Source: an uncultured Eubacteriales bacterium
Lineage (GTDB): Bacteria; Bacillota; Clostridia; Oscillospirales; CAG-272
NCBI GenBank assembly: GCA_900542425.1
Contig: UQNQ01000004.1
Coordinates: 46,856-110,855, forward strand
Reading direction: 5' to 3'
Length of the DNA stretch: 64,000 bases
Each line of letters begins with the position of its first letter. Within the stretch, counting starts at the first letter, position 1. The position numbers and the translations under genes were made by a program. The notes beneath the pieces were generated by a model. The model was not told the origin of the DNA, searched no databases, and saw only the letters and a list, made by a program, of their open reading frames with translations. Positions 8,784 through 17,942 of the stretch are shown piece by piece.

Positions 8784-8801
8784 GGTTAGAAAAAACTAAC
8801 C
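8784..8801. promoter_or_regulatory. candidate DtxR-family operator dyad 2
   Basis: GGTTAG-aaaaaa-CTAACC, 19 nt upstream of the feoB ATG. Same half-sites and spacing as dyad 1. Confidence 0.5.
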
Positions 8802-8819
8802 TTAAAAAGGAGAACGGCT

Positions 8820-11327
8820 ATGGATACAAAGCAAATTAAGATTGCTCTTGCGGGCAATCCAAACAGCGGTAAAACAACATTGTTTAATGCGCTGACAGGT
8901 TCCAACCAATTTGTAGGGAACTGGCCCGGCGTTACAGTCGAGAAGAAAGAAGGAAAGCTGAAAAAGCATGACGGTGTTATCATTATGGACCTTCCGGGTA
9001 TTTACTCGCTGTCTCCGTATACGCTGGAAGAGGTTGTGGCGAGAAATTACCTGATTACCGAGCGCCCGGATGCGATTTTGAATATTGTAGACGGTACCAA
9101 TCTCGAACGCAATTTATATCTTACAACACAGCTTACAGAGCTTGGAATTCCAGTTGTTGTTGCCATCAATATGATGGATGTGGTAAGGAAAAACGGCGAT
9201 AAAATTGACATCGCGGAGCTTTCCCGTCAGCTTGGCTGTAAGGTTGTCGAAATATCCGCTTTAAAGGGAACCGGTATTGCGGAAGCAGCAGAAGAGGCTA
9301 TTATGGCGGCGAAAAACGGAAAAACCGTTCCTCAGCATAGTTTTTCCGGTGTGGTCGAACATGCGCTTGCTCATATTGAAGAGGCGGCTGTACATAATAT
9401 GCCTGAGGAACAGCAGCGGTGGTATGCCATTAAAATTTTTGAACGCGATGATAAAATTATGCATACGATAAATTTGCCGAGGGAGATTGCAGATCATATC
9501 GAGGCGGATATCAAAGCGGCTGAAAAAGAGATGGACGACGATGCGGAAAGCATTATTACCAATGAGAGATATATTTATATTGCTTCCGTGATAAAGAGCT
9601 GCTACAAGAAAAAGAGTAAGTCAAAGCTTTCGACTTCCGATAAAATTGACCGTGTGGTTACGAACCGATTTGCTGCGCTTCCGATTTTTGCGGCTATTAT
9701 GTTTATCGTGTATTTTATTTCCGTTACTACAGTTGGAACTTATGCAACAGACTGGGCAAACGACGGTGTGTTCGGTGATGGCTGGCATTTGCTTGGTATC
9801 GGCGATTCCGCCTCAGCGGATGCCTCTGACGAATATATGAGTGCCATGAATGCCGTGAATGCTTTTGTGGATTTAGGGGATACGGAAGCGGATGATTTTG
9901 ACGCCACTGCAGCGCTCGAAGAATTAAAAGCATTCCGGCCGGACTCTGAAAATGCTGTCGGTACGGTCACTGTCGAGGATGAAGAAACGCTTGCTGAAAC
10001 AGATATGACGGTTTATTATTCGTCTATTCCCGAAGCGGAGAAAGAAAGCGAATCGGTTGTTCCGACAACATATCTGGAAGCGGTCGCTTATTTTGAAGAA
10101 AAGGGTTTTGAGGCGCCGGATCCTGCCGACTATGGCATATGGGTGCCCGGGATTCCGGTTCTGATCGGCAACGGGCTTGATGCGATCGGATGCGCGGATT
10201 GGCTGGAGGGACTCATCCTTGACGGCATTGTTGCAGGACTCGGTGCGGTACTTGGCTTTGTTCCTCAGATTCTTGTTCTGTTTATTCTGCTGGCATTTTT
10301 GGAATCATGCGGCTATATGGCGCGTATCGCATTTGTGATGGATCGTATTTTCCGCAAATTCGGTTTATCCGGCAAATCCTTTATTCCGATTTTGATTGGA
10401 ACCGGCTGCGGTATCCCCGGAATTATGGCTTCACGCACCATTGAGAATGAACGGGATCGCCGAATGACGATCATGACGACGACATTTATCCCGTGCGGAG
10501 CAAAATTGCCTTTTATCGCAATGATTGCAGGCGCGATATTCGGCGGGGCTGCTTGGGTGGCGCCGGCTGCTTACTTTATCGGCATGGCAGCCATTATTTG
10601 TTCCGGTATTATTCTGAAAAAGACAAAAATGTTTTCCGGCGACCCTGCGCCGTTTGTCATGGAACTTCCGGCTTATCACTGGCCTACGGCCGGAAATGTA
10701 TTCCGCAGCATGTGGGAGCGCGGGTGGTCATTTATTAAAAAAGCAGGAACCATCATTCTGCTTTCCACGGTTGTTATTTGGTTTGCTACGTATTTCGGCG
10801 TTGTGGACGGAACATTCCGGATGCTTGCCGAAGATGAAATCGACCATAGCATTCTTGCGGTAATCGGAAATGCGATTGCATGGATTTTTATTCCGCTTGG
10901 CTTCGGTACCTGGCAGGCAGCAGTGGCTTCCATTACAGGACTTGTGGCAAAGGAAAATATTGTCGGTACACTTGGAATTCTCTTCGGTGGTACCGGTTCG
11001 GTATATGCTAATATTGCGGGTGCATTTACCATGCTCAGCGGCTTTACATTTCTTACTTTCAATCTTCTTTGCGCACCGTGCTTTGCGGCGATGGGTGCCA
11101 TTAAACGGGAGATGAACAATGCCAAATGGACTGCATTCGCTATCGGATATCAGTGCATATTTGCTTATGTGGTATCTCTTGTGGTTTATCAGCTGGGAAT
11201 GCTCTTTACGGGTTCAGGCAATGTTATCGGCTCTATTGCTGCTTTTCTGCTGGTTGCTCTCTTTGTTTATCTTCTTGTTCGTCCTTACAAGGCGAAAGAA
11301 ACTTTGAATGTCAAAGTGAAAGTCTAA
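8820..11327 (+). CDS. feoB: ferrous iron transporter FeoB
   Basis: 835 aa. G-domain IALAGNPNSGKTTLFNALTG, DLPGIYSL, NMMD. Polytopic C-terminal permease with gate motifs. Contains an extra acidic segment of about 150 aa. Confidence 0.95.
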   Translation: MDTKQIKIALAGNPNSGKTTLFNALTGSNQFVGNWPGVTVEKKEGKLKKHDGVIIMDLPGIYSLSPYTLEEVVARNYLITERPDAILNIVDGTNLERNLYLTTQLTELGIPVVVAINMMDVVRKNGDKIDIAELSRQLGCKVVEISALKGTGIAEAAEEAIMAAKNGKTVPQHSFSGVVEHALAHIEEAAVHNMPEEQQRWYAIKIFERDDKIMHTINLPREIADHIEADIKAAEKEMDDDAESIITNERYIYIASVIKSCYKKKSKSKLSTSDKIDRVVTNRFAALPIFAAIMFIVYFISVTTVGTYATDWANDGVFGDGWHLLGIGDSASADASDEYMSAMNAVNAFVDLGDTEADDFDATAALEELKAFRPDSENAVGTVTVEDEETLAETDMTVYYSSIPEAEKESESVVPTTYLEAVAYFEEKGFEAPDPADYGIWVPGIPVLIGNGLDAIGCADWLEGLILDGIVAGLGAVLGFVPQILVLFILLAFLESCGYMARIAFVMDRIFRKFGLSGKSFIPILIGTGCGIPGIMASRTIENERDRRMTIMTTTFIPCGAKLPFIAMIAGAIFGGAAWVAPAAYFIGMAAIICSGIILKKTKMFSGDPAPFVMELPAYHWPTAGNVFRSMWERGWSFIKKAGTIILLSTVVIWFATYFGVVDGTFRMLAEDEIDHSILAVIGNAIAWIFIPLGFGTWQAAVASITGLVAKENIVGTLGILFGGTGSVYANIAGAFTMLSGFTFLTFNLLCAPCFAAMGAIKREMNNAKWTAFAIGYQCIFAYVVSLVVYQLGMLFTGSGNVIGSIAAFLLVALFVYLLVRPYKAKETLNVKVKV

Positions 11328-11342
11328 TGGAAAGAAGGAAAT

Positions 11343-11516
11343 ATGATGGTCACATTCTTGATGAATAACTGGGGAAGTATTCTTGTCGGCACCATTCTTG
11401 CCGCTTTGATCATAGGTGTTATGATCAAACTACGGCGAGATAAAAAACAGGGAAAATCCTCTTGCGGATGCGGTTGTGAAAATTGTCCTTCTCATGGTAT
11501 GTGTCATAAAAAATAA
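11343..11516 (+). CDS. FeoB-associated Cys-rich small membrane protein
   Basis: 57 aa, below the track cutoff. My translation is MMVTFLMNNWGSILVGTILAALIIGVMIKLRRDKKQGKSSCGCGCENCPSHGMCHKK: one TM helix plus a CGCGCxxC tail. It starts 16 nt after the feoB stop and is followed by a terminator. Confidence 0.7.
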   Translation: MMVTFLMNNWGSILVGTILAALIIGVMIKLRRDKKQGKSSCGCGCENCPSHGMCHKK

Positions 11517-11525
11517 TTCAAATCA

Positions 11526-11558
11526 AAAAGACCTGGCGTGATATCGCCAGGTCTTTTT
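11526..11558 (+). terminator. rho-independent terminator of feo operon
   Basis: GACCTGGCG-tgatat-CGCCAGGTC followed by TTTTT. Confidence 0.8.
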
Positions 11559-11588
11559 GCGAGAATCCCGGATTTTCATGTCTTTATC

Positions 11589-11617
11589 TTGACTTTACCG
11601 GATGGTTACGATATAAT
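11589..11617 (+). promoter_or_regulatory. sigma-A type promoter
   Basis: TTGACT, 17-nt spacer, TATAAT. Confidence 0.6.
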
Positions 11618-11660
11618 TGGGAAAAGGAAAAACATTTTGTTGAAAAAGGAAATCCTTTGT

Positions 11661-13331
11661 ATGATAGACAAAGAGTTTCGGGTTGTCCGGAAGAATTATG
11701 CCGTCACACTGGGCAGAACCCATTTTTCGGTTGAGGCATATGGCACGTATTTTTTCACTTTTTCTCCGATCAGCGCAGTTCCGTGCGGAAATATGGAGGA
11801 TATCGACGATGCGGAATCGATGTCTTTTCAGATTTCGGAAAAAGAGGAAAATACGGTCGCTGTTTGGATGACGAGCAGCAATCTTTGGAGGCGAAAAGAA
11901 TATATACTGAAGATTGAGCCGGAAGGCTTTCATTATTCTGTTCGCGTTTTCGGCACCGGATCACCGCGTGATATCCATTATTTTTCGGGTACGGTTGTTG
12001 GGGGAAAACAGGGAGCTGTTTATGAAACCTCAGAATATATGCTGACACAGCCGCATATCGGAATAGAAAACCATTATTTTTCTATGGCGGAAGATAATAA
12101 AATTTCCATGCAGCTTATGGTTCCGCCTCCTCTTTGCTTTCCGTTCCGAACGGAAAATAGTCAAGCATGGTTCGGCATCGGACTTGTCGCAGATGCAGGC
12201 TGTTATCACTTTGATGGATTTTCTTACCGAAACATCCAGAACCGGGCTCATTTTTCCGTAGATTTATACGGTGCGCAAAAAGTGGATGGAGAATGGACAG
12301 CTCCGGGTATTTTCGGTTGTCCCGGGAAAGATGAGTGGGAAGTGCTGAGGGAATATGCGGCATGGCATTTCCGGAGCGGCTGCCATAAGACGGAAGTGTT
12401 TCCTGCACCGTGGTGGTACGGACCTTTTTTCTGCGGCTGGGGTGAGCAGGCAATTCTGAAATGGAAATATCATACGGACATTTACGGTGCGGCTTCTGAG
12501 GCGGCATATACGGAAATGTCGGAGCATCTCGACGCGCTTGGTTTGCATCCGACGGCCATGATCATTGATGATAAATGGCAGGAGAAGTACGGCACTTTTT
12601 TACCGGATCTGGTGAAATGGCCGAATTTGCGCGGATTTACAGACCGAGAACATGCGAAAGGTCGGCATGTGCTGCTCTGGTATCGCTGCTGGTCTGCGGA
12701 AGGGTTGCCTTTGGATGAATGTATTTTGCAGGATGGTAAGCCTCTTGCCGGAGATCCGACGAATCCGCGGTATATCGAGCGGGTGAAGCATACGGTTCAT
12801 ACATTGCTTTCAGAAGAATCCGGATGCTTTGGCTGTGACGGTTTTAAAATTGATTTTGCGGATCAGGTGCCGACAGGGGAAAATCTCGTGACATGGGAAT
12901 CCGGTGTATATGGAATAGAACTGGTCAAACGGCTGATTGCTTTGATTTATCATGCGGCAAAAGAAGTAAAATCAGATGCTTTGATCAGTTGCAGCGGGTG
13001 CCATCCGTATTTTGCAGATGTAACCGATATGGCAAGGCTGCATGATTATGACTTACGTTTGCGCAGTGTAGAACGATGTATGTCTTTTCGTGCAAAGCTC
13101 TATCGGATTATGCTGCCGGATGCTCTGATTGATACAGACTTTCCTGCCTTTGCCGGATATCATGACTCCATGAAATATCTGCGGATTGCTCCTTCTCTTG
13201 GTGTACCGGATTTATATCGCCTATCGGATACCGGTGAGTGCCGGTTTGAGAAGCGAGACTGGGAAGAAATCAGAATGATATGGAATGGATATACAAAGAA
13301 CATCTTAAACAAAATAAAAAATAATCCGTAA
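11661..13331 (+). CDS. putative glycoside hydrolase, (beta/alpha)8 GH31-like
   Basis: The track ORF starts at GTG 11538, inside the terminator and upstream of the promoter. I prefer ATG 11661. Motifs MIIDDKWQ, GRHVLLWY and GFKIDFAD recall GH31/GH36-clan catalytic barrels. The family assignment is unverified. Confidence 0.5.
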   Translation: MIDKEFRVVRKNYAVTLGRTHFSVEAYGTYFFTFSPISAVPCGNMEDIDDAESMSFQISEKEENTVAVWMTSSNLWRRKEYILKIEPEGFHYSVRVFGTGSPRDIHYFSGTVVGGKQGAVYETSEYMLTQPHIGIENHYFSMAEDNKISMQLMVPPPLCFPFRTENSQAWFGIGLVADAGCYHFDGFSYRNIQNRAHFSVDLYGAQKVDGEWTAPGIFGCPGKDEWEVLREYAAWHFRSGCHKTEVFPAPWWYGPFFCGWGEQAILKWKYHTDIYGAASEAAYTEMSEHLDALGLHPTAMIIDDKWQEKYGTFLPDLVKWPNLRGFTDREHAKGRHVLLWYRCWSAEGLPLDECILQDGKPLAGDPTNPRYIERVKHTVHTLLSEESGCFGCDGFKIDFADQVPTGENLVTWESGVYGIELVKRLIALIYHAAKEVKSDALISCSGCHPYFADVTDMARLHDYDLRLRSVERCMSFRAKLYRIMLPDALIDTDFPAFAGYHDSMKYLRIAPSLGVPDLYRLSDTGECRFEKRDWEEIRMIWNGYTKNILNKIKNNP

Positions 13332-13355
13332 TATACGGAATCGGAGGTAACTGAT

Positions 13356-14354
13356 ATGCCAAAAATGCAACCGGAAATTTTTTCAAGTCCGGTGATTCAC
13401 CGTTACAACGGCGGCACGCCGGTGCTTTCAAAGGAAAATATTCCTTATGCCGCTGATTGTATTTATAATGCCGGTGTTGCCAAATTCGGCGGAAAATATG
13501 TGATGGTATTCCGTGATGATTTTGAACGTGCGCCATGGGGTGGATGCCGTCATATCGTGGTCGGTGTCGCTTTTAGTGATGACGGGAAAAATTGGGATGT
13601 TAGGGAAACGCCGTTTATGACGCCGGAAACCCTAAATGATCCCGATGTGCTTCGGGTTTATGATCCGAGACTGACTGTAATCGACGGGCGCTGCTATGTT
13701 TGCTTTGCTGTGGATACTAAGCATGGTCTGCGCGGCGGAATTGCTGTGACAGACGATTTTGAAAAGGTAGAAATTCTTTCTCTGACGGTTCCGGATAACC
13801 GCAATATGGTACTGTTTCCGGAAAAAATCGGCGGTCGGTATGTGCGTTTGGAGCGCCCAATGCCGATTTATTCTCGGAATGGAAAAGATCGTTTCGACAT
13901 CTGGCTTTCGGAATCGCCTGATTTACGTTTCTGGGGAAATTCCAGATTGGTTATGGGGGTAGAGGACGTTCCTTTTGCCAACGATAAGATTGGTCCCGGT
14001 GCACCGCCCATTAAAACAGAAAAAGGTTGGCTGACCTTGTTTCATGCGGTTCACCGCGATCCAGAACGCGGCAAGCATGGCTGGGAGGAAAAATGGACAA
14101 AATGCTATAATGCCGGTATTATGCTTCTTGATCTTGAGGATCCGTCAAAAATCATCGGAAAATCAGACGTCCCGCTTATTGCACCGGAAACGATTTGGGA
14201 AACAGAAGAGGGAATGCGGACGAATGTTATTTTCCCGGGCGGAATGATTCTGGAGGATGACGGCGAGGTAAAGATTTATTATGGTGCGTCGGATACGGTG
14301 GAATGCCTGGCAACGGCGGATGTAAATGATCTTCTTTCGCTGGTATGCCAATAA
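13356..14354 (+). CDS. GH130 family beta-mannoside phosphorylase/hydrolase
   Basis: 332 aa. IYNAGVAKFGGKYVMVFRDD, VYDPRLTVIDGRCYV, GWLTLFHAV and KIYYGASDT are typical of the GH130 five-bladed propeller. Confidence 0.8.
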   Translation: MPKMQPEIFSSPVIHRYNGGTPVLSKENIPYAADCIYNAGVAKFGGKYVMVFRDDFERAPWGGCRHIVVGVAFSDDGKNWDVRETPFMTPETLNDPDVLRVYDPRLTVIDGRCYVCFAVDTKHGLRGGIAVTDDFEKVEILSLTVPDNRNMVLFPEKIGGRYVRLERPMPIYSRNGKDRFDIWLSESPDLRFWGNSRLVMGVEDVPFANDKIGPGAPPIKTEKGWLTLFHAVHRDPERGKHGWEEKWTKCYNAGIMLLDLEDPSKIIGKSDVPLIAPETIWETEEGMRTNVIFPGGMILEDDGEVKIYYGASDTVECLATADVNDLLSLVCQ

Positions 14355-14363
14355 ATCATGAAT

Positions 14364-14399
14364 AAAAAATATCGGGACTTGTTGGTTCCGATATTTTTT
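14364..14399 (+). terminator. rho-independent terminator
   Basis: AATATCGGGA-loop-TTCCGATATT followed by a T-run. Confidence 0.6.
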
Positions 14400-14593
14400 A
14401 TTAGCATACTTGGATAGCTATTTATCCTTCATGTTTCTTGTTTGACATTTCCTGATGAGATTCAAATAGCCGTCATTTATCCGCGGATAATATCAGCCTG
14501 CGCTGTAACCTCCATGGTATGTATGATTAAAATATGCCTGAAAAATCAGAGAAACGATAGGAAGAAAAAGACTGTCTTTTTTGAAAGAAGTCA

Positions 14594-14622
14594 TTGACTT
14601 TTGATGGATGTAATGATACAAT
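14594..14622 (+). promoter_or_regulatory. sigma-A type promoter for fucosidase gene
   Basis: TTGACT, 17-nt spacer, TACAAT. Confidence 0.55.
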
Positions 14623-14717
14623 AGCCGCGGGAAAAAGTATTGATATAAACTCGTGTTTTCCGGCAAAAACGGGGATTCCCGTCAATATTCACCGGAAAAG
14701 CACAGGAAAGGATTGTT

Positions 14718-15971
14718 ATGAAACTGAAACCGAAGGAAAATCAACTGAAATATTTAAGCTGGGAATTTGGTATTTTTCTGCATTTTGGCATTCGTACCTA
14801 TTGTCACGGACATCATGATTGGGATGAAAGAGCAATGGACGCGGCGTTGTTCAATCCGACGGAACTCGACTGTGATCAGTGGATGCGCGAAATTAAGCTT
14901 GCAGGTGCGAGATATGCCATTCTTACTACAAAGCATCATGATGGCTTTGCTCTTTGGCCGTCTGCTTATACCAAATATTCGGTGGCGAGCTCCGGATGGC
15001 GCGGCGGAAAAGGCGATGTTGTACGGGAATTTACAGATGCATGTCGCAGAGCGGGCCTCGGCTGCGGTCTTTATTACTCTCCGGCACAATGGGGAGGAGA
15101 AATTAACTTTTCTGATGAAAAAGCATATGATGAATATTTTATCGGACAGATGACAGAGCTGCTTGACGGCAGGTACGGAACCATTGATTATTTATGGTTG
15201 GATGGGGCATTTTCCGGTGAACACCGTTATGATACAGACCGAATCGTCGGCGTCATTCGCAAGCTCCAACCGGATATTCTGATTTTTGGTCTGGATGATC
15301 CTGATGTTTATGGAGTCGGAAATGAAGACGGCTATGTGGATACCCGCAATTTTTATACCAAGACCATTTGTCGGTTTGGAAAAGAAAAAACATCGTTTCT
15401 GGCAGCAGAAGGAGATTGCAGACTTCGTGACAGCTGGTTTTATGATCTAAATCCTCAGTCTATCAAATCTGTTGATGAACTGATCGGTATGTATGAATCT
15501 ACAGTAGGGCGCGGTGCAAATTTCCTTCTGAATATCGGACCAAATGAAAAAGGGCTTCTGGCAGAGGAGGATGTGGCACGGTTGCATGAACTCGCTGCCG
15601 AAATTAGAAAGCGGTATTTGATTCCTTTGCCGTTTGATCCGGTTACCATCAACAAAGACGGAAAATATGAGATTTCTTATTCCAAAGAAACCTATGGAAT
15701 GATATCGGATACGGTGAATCTACCTCTTGTAAGACGAGTAGTGATAGAAGAAGATATCTCAGAAGGCGAGTCGGTTAAGGAGTGGAGACTGATCGCTACG
15801 ATTCCGTCAAAATATCCGTATACCGATTGGGAAGTTTGCCTGTGTGAAGGACATGGAATCGGACATAAGCATATTTGTACGCTTCCTGCCATTCGTGCTC
15901 CGCGTTTTAAACTTGAAATTCTTGACCATGACGGAGATTATAAAATCAAAAGCATGAAAGCGTTCTCATAA
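14718..15971 (+). CDS. alpha-L-fucosidase (GH29)
   Basis: 417 aa. WEFGIFLHFG, YAILTTKHHDGFALWPS and IDYLWLDG are GH29 hallmarks. Confidence 0.85.
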   Translation: MKLKPKENQLKYLSWEFGIFLHFGIRTYCHGHHDWDERAMDAALFNPTELDCDQWMREIKLAGARYAILTTKHHDGFALWPSAYTKYSVASSGWRGGKGDVVREFTDACRRAGLGCGLYYSPAQWGGEINFSDEKAYDEYFIGQMTELLDGRYGTIDYLWLDGAFSGEHRYDTDRIVGVIRKLQPDILIFGLDDPDVYGVGNEDGYVDTRNFYTKTICRFGKEKTSFLAAEGDCRLRDSWFYDLNPQSIKSVDELIGMYESTVGRGANFLLNIGPNEKGLLAEEDVARLHELAAEIRKRYLIPLPFDPVTINKDGKYEISYSKETYGMISDTVNLPLVRRVVIEEDISEGESVKEWRLIATIPSKYPYTDWEVCLCEGHGIGHKHICTLPAIRAPRFKLEILDHDGDYKIKSMKAFS

Positions 15972-16015
15972 ATTACTTTGAAAAGCATGTTATGGATATT
16001 CGTCTCGGTGTTTAC

Positions 16016-16061
16016 AAAAAAGGATCCGCTTTTGCAGAGGCAAAGGCGGATCCTTTTTTTA
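16016..16061 (+). terminator. rho-independent terminator
   Basis: AAAAAGGATCCGC...GCGGATCC followed by TTTTTTT. Confidence 0.8.
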
Positions 16062-16125
16062 TTTCAGAATGGCTGCGTTATCATAGCGTTTGTAAAAAAA
16101 CAATAGTTCTTTTCATGCTTTTAAG

Positions 16126-16154
16126 TTGACAAAGAAGAAATCCATTGTTATAAT
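16126..16154 (+). promoter_or_regulatory. sigma-A type promoter for AraC gene
   Basis: TTGACA, 17-nt spacer, TATAAT. Confidence 0.6.
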
Positions 16155-16232
16155 AATCTTGATTTGATATAAAAAAGCATGCCCTAAAAATGCCAGACTC
16201 GGAAGAAAAATTTCGGAATCTGTGAGGAGGGA

Positions 16233-17075
16233 ATGTCGATGTTCGTCAATTCTTTTTCGGTGGAAAATCAAATGAAAACGAAATTCCGGTGCGCCGGCTG
16301 TCGTATTCTTCAAGGTGGTCAGGTGCTGAATGGCGAAAAGCTGCCGTTTGAGCTTTTTTTATATGCCGAAAAGGGGCAATTCCGTCTTTTTATCAACAGT
16401 GAAACCGTGATTTGTCCTCCCCTCGGGACGGTTCTGATTCCGTGCGATACCGTTTTCCGGCTTGAAACCGACGACGGCTGTGAACTGATTTTTATCGGCG
16501 CCGATTATCGGATTTATACAAGTTTTAGGATTTTCTCCTTGTTTTATCTTCCGATACTCATGAGCGATTCCGATGCGATAGGGAAACATTGCTTTTTGAT
16601 TCGTCAAACCGTGCTTGACAGTGAGTTCACCAATTCACGGCTTGAAAATGCTGTTTCTGTCAATGCGGCTTTATATCAGCTTGCCGAAAAGGTTCTGTGT
16701 CATGCATCTCCCAGTCCTTGGGCGGGAGAAGGCAGGATTCTCGACCGCCTTGAACGGCTATCCCCCGTGTTTGCTTATATCGAAAAGCGTCTTGACGGCA
16801 GCATTTCTGTTGAGAAGCTTGCAGAGCTCACAGATATGTCCGGGGATGCTTTCTATCGCTTGTTCAAGGAGACCGTCGGGATATCTCCGAAAGAATATCT
16901 GATCTCAGAACGGCTGAGACGGGCACGTCTTTTGCTGTTGACAAACGGTTCTCTGTCTGTCGGGGAAATTGCTCATCTTTGCGGTTATGAAAGCCCGTTT
17001 TCTTTCAGCTCGTTGTTTCATGCAAATTTTGGCTGTCCGCCGAGCATATATCGTGCTCATCTTTCTATATTTTAA
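16233..17075 (+). CDS. AraC-family transcriptional regulator
   Basis: 280 aa. N-terminal cupin-like sensor. C-terminal double HTH (AFYRLFKETVGISPKEYLISERLRRARLLL...IAHLCGYESPFSFSSLF). Confidence 0.85.
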   Translation: MSMFVNSFSVENQMKTKFRCAGCRILQGGQVLNGEKLPFELFLYAEKGQFRLFINSETVICPPLGTVLIPCDTVFRLETDDGCELIFIGADYRIYTSFRIFSLFYLPILMSDSDAIGKHCFLIRQTVLDSEFTNSRLENAVSVNAALYQLAEKVLCHASPSPWAGEGRILDRLERLSPVFAYIEKRLDGSISVEKLAELTDMSGDAFYRLFKETVGISPKEYLISERLRRARLLLLTNGSLSVGEIAHLCGYESPFSFSSLFHANFGCPPSIYRAHLSIF

Positions 17076-17103
17076 ATTTTGTGTAAAGTTGTGTAGGGAA
17101 TGA

Positions 17104-17913
17104 ATGATGGATTTTACGAAAATCAGGTTGTTTTTATTTGATATGGATGGTACGCTGTACCTTGGCAATCAGCTTTTTCCGTTTACCAAAGCGCTTCTTC
17201 AGACTATTAGGGAAGAGGGAAAAACTTATCTTTTTATGACAAATAACTCCTCCAAAAGCGTATATGATTACGTTAAAAAGCTGGAGCATCTCGGAATTCC
17301 TGCGGTATATGATGACTTTATTACGTCTTCACAAGCAACGGCGGATTATCTGATGACACATTATCCCGGAGTGAAATTCTATGTCTGCGGTACCAATTCT
17401 TTCAAAAAAGAACTTTCTTGTGCAGGCGTTGATGTACAGGATACTTATTCGGATACGATCGGCGGAGTTGTCATGGGGTATGATACGGAGTTAACCTATC
17501 AGAAATTGGATGATGTTTCCAAACTTTTGACACTTTATGATATTCCATATATTGCGGCAAATCCTGATTTTGTGTGTCCGACGGAATACGGATATGTGCC
17601 GGACTGTGGTTCTGTCTGCGGTATGATTTATAATGCAACGGGAAAAAATCCGCATTATATCGGAAAACCGCGTCCGGAAATGCCGCTTGCGGCGATAGAG
17701 CGAATCTCAAAAAAAGACGCGTCGGTTTGTCGGGATACTACGCTCGTTATCGGAGATCGGCTTTATACGGATATTGCGTGCGGCGTCGCCGCGGGTATCC
17801 ATTCTTTGCTTGTGCTCAGCGGGGAATCTACGCTTTCCGATGTGGAAACAAGTGATGTGAAACCGGAATTTATTATGCAGGACTGCGCAGAGCTTCTTGA
17901 AAAAATAAGATAA
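17104..17913 (+). CDS. HAD-IIA family hydrolase (NagD-like sugar phosphatase)
   Basis: 269 aa. FLFDMDGTLY, FMTNNSSKS, GKP, GDRLYTDI. Confidence 0.8.
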   Translation: MMDFTKIRLFLFDMDGTLYLGNQLFPFTKALLQTIREEGKTYLFMTNNSSKSVYDYVKKLEHLGIPAVYDDFITSSQATADYLMTHYPGVKFYVCGTNSFKKELSCAGVDVQDTYSDTIGGVVMGYDTELTYQKLDDVSKLLTLYDIPYIAANPDFVCPTEYGYVPDCGSVCGMIYNATGKNPHYIGKPRPEMPLAAIERISKKDASVCRDTTLVIGDRLYTDIACGVAAGIHSLLVLSGESTLSDVETSDVKPEFIMQDCAELLEKIR

Positions 17914-17942
17914 GCGGCAAAGACCGCGATGGAGGTATTGGA

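Noticed and set aside
10676-11125. 149-aa minus-strand ORF and several 60-80 aa ORFs inside feoB
   Set aside because: All lie within the well-supported feoB frame. They are compositional artefacts.
11538-11660. GTG start of the 597-aa ORF
   Set aside because: It lies inside the feo terminator stem and upstream of the TTGACT-17-TATAAT promoter, so the transcript cannot include it.
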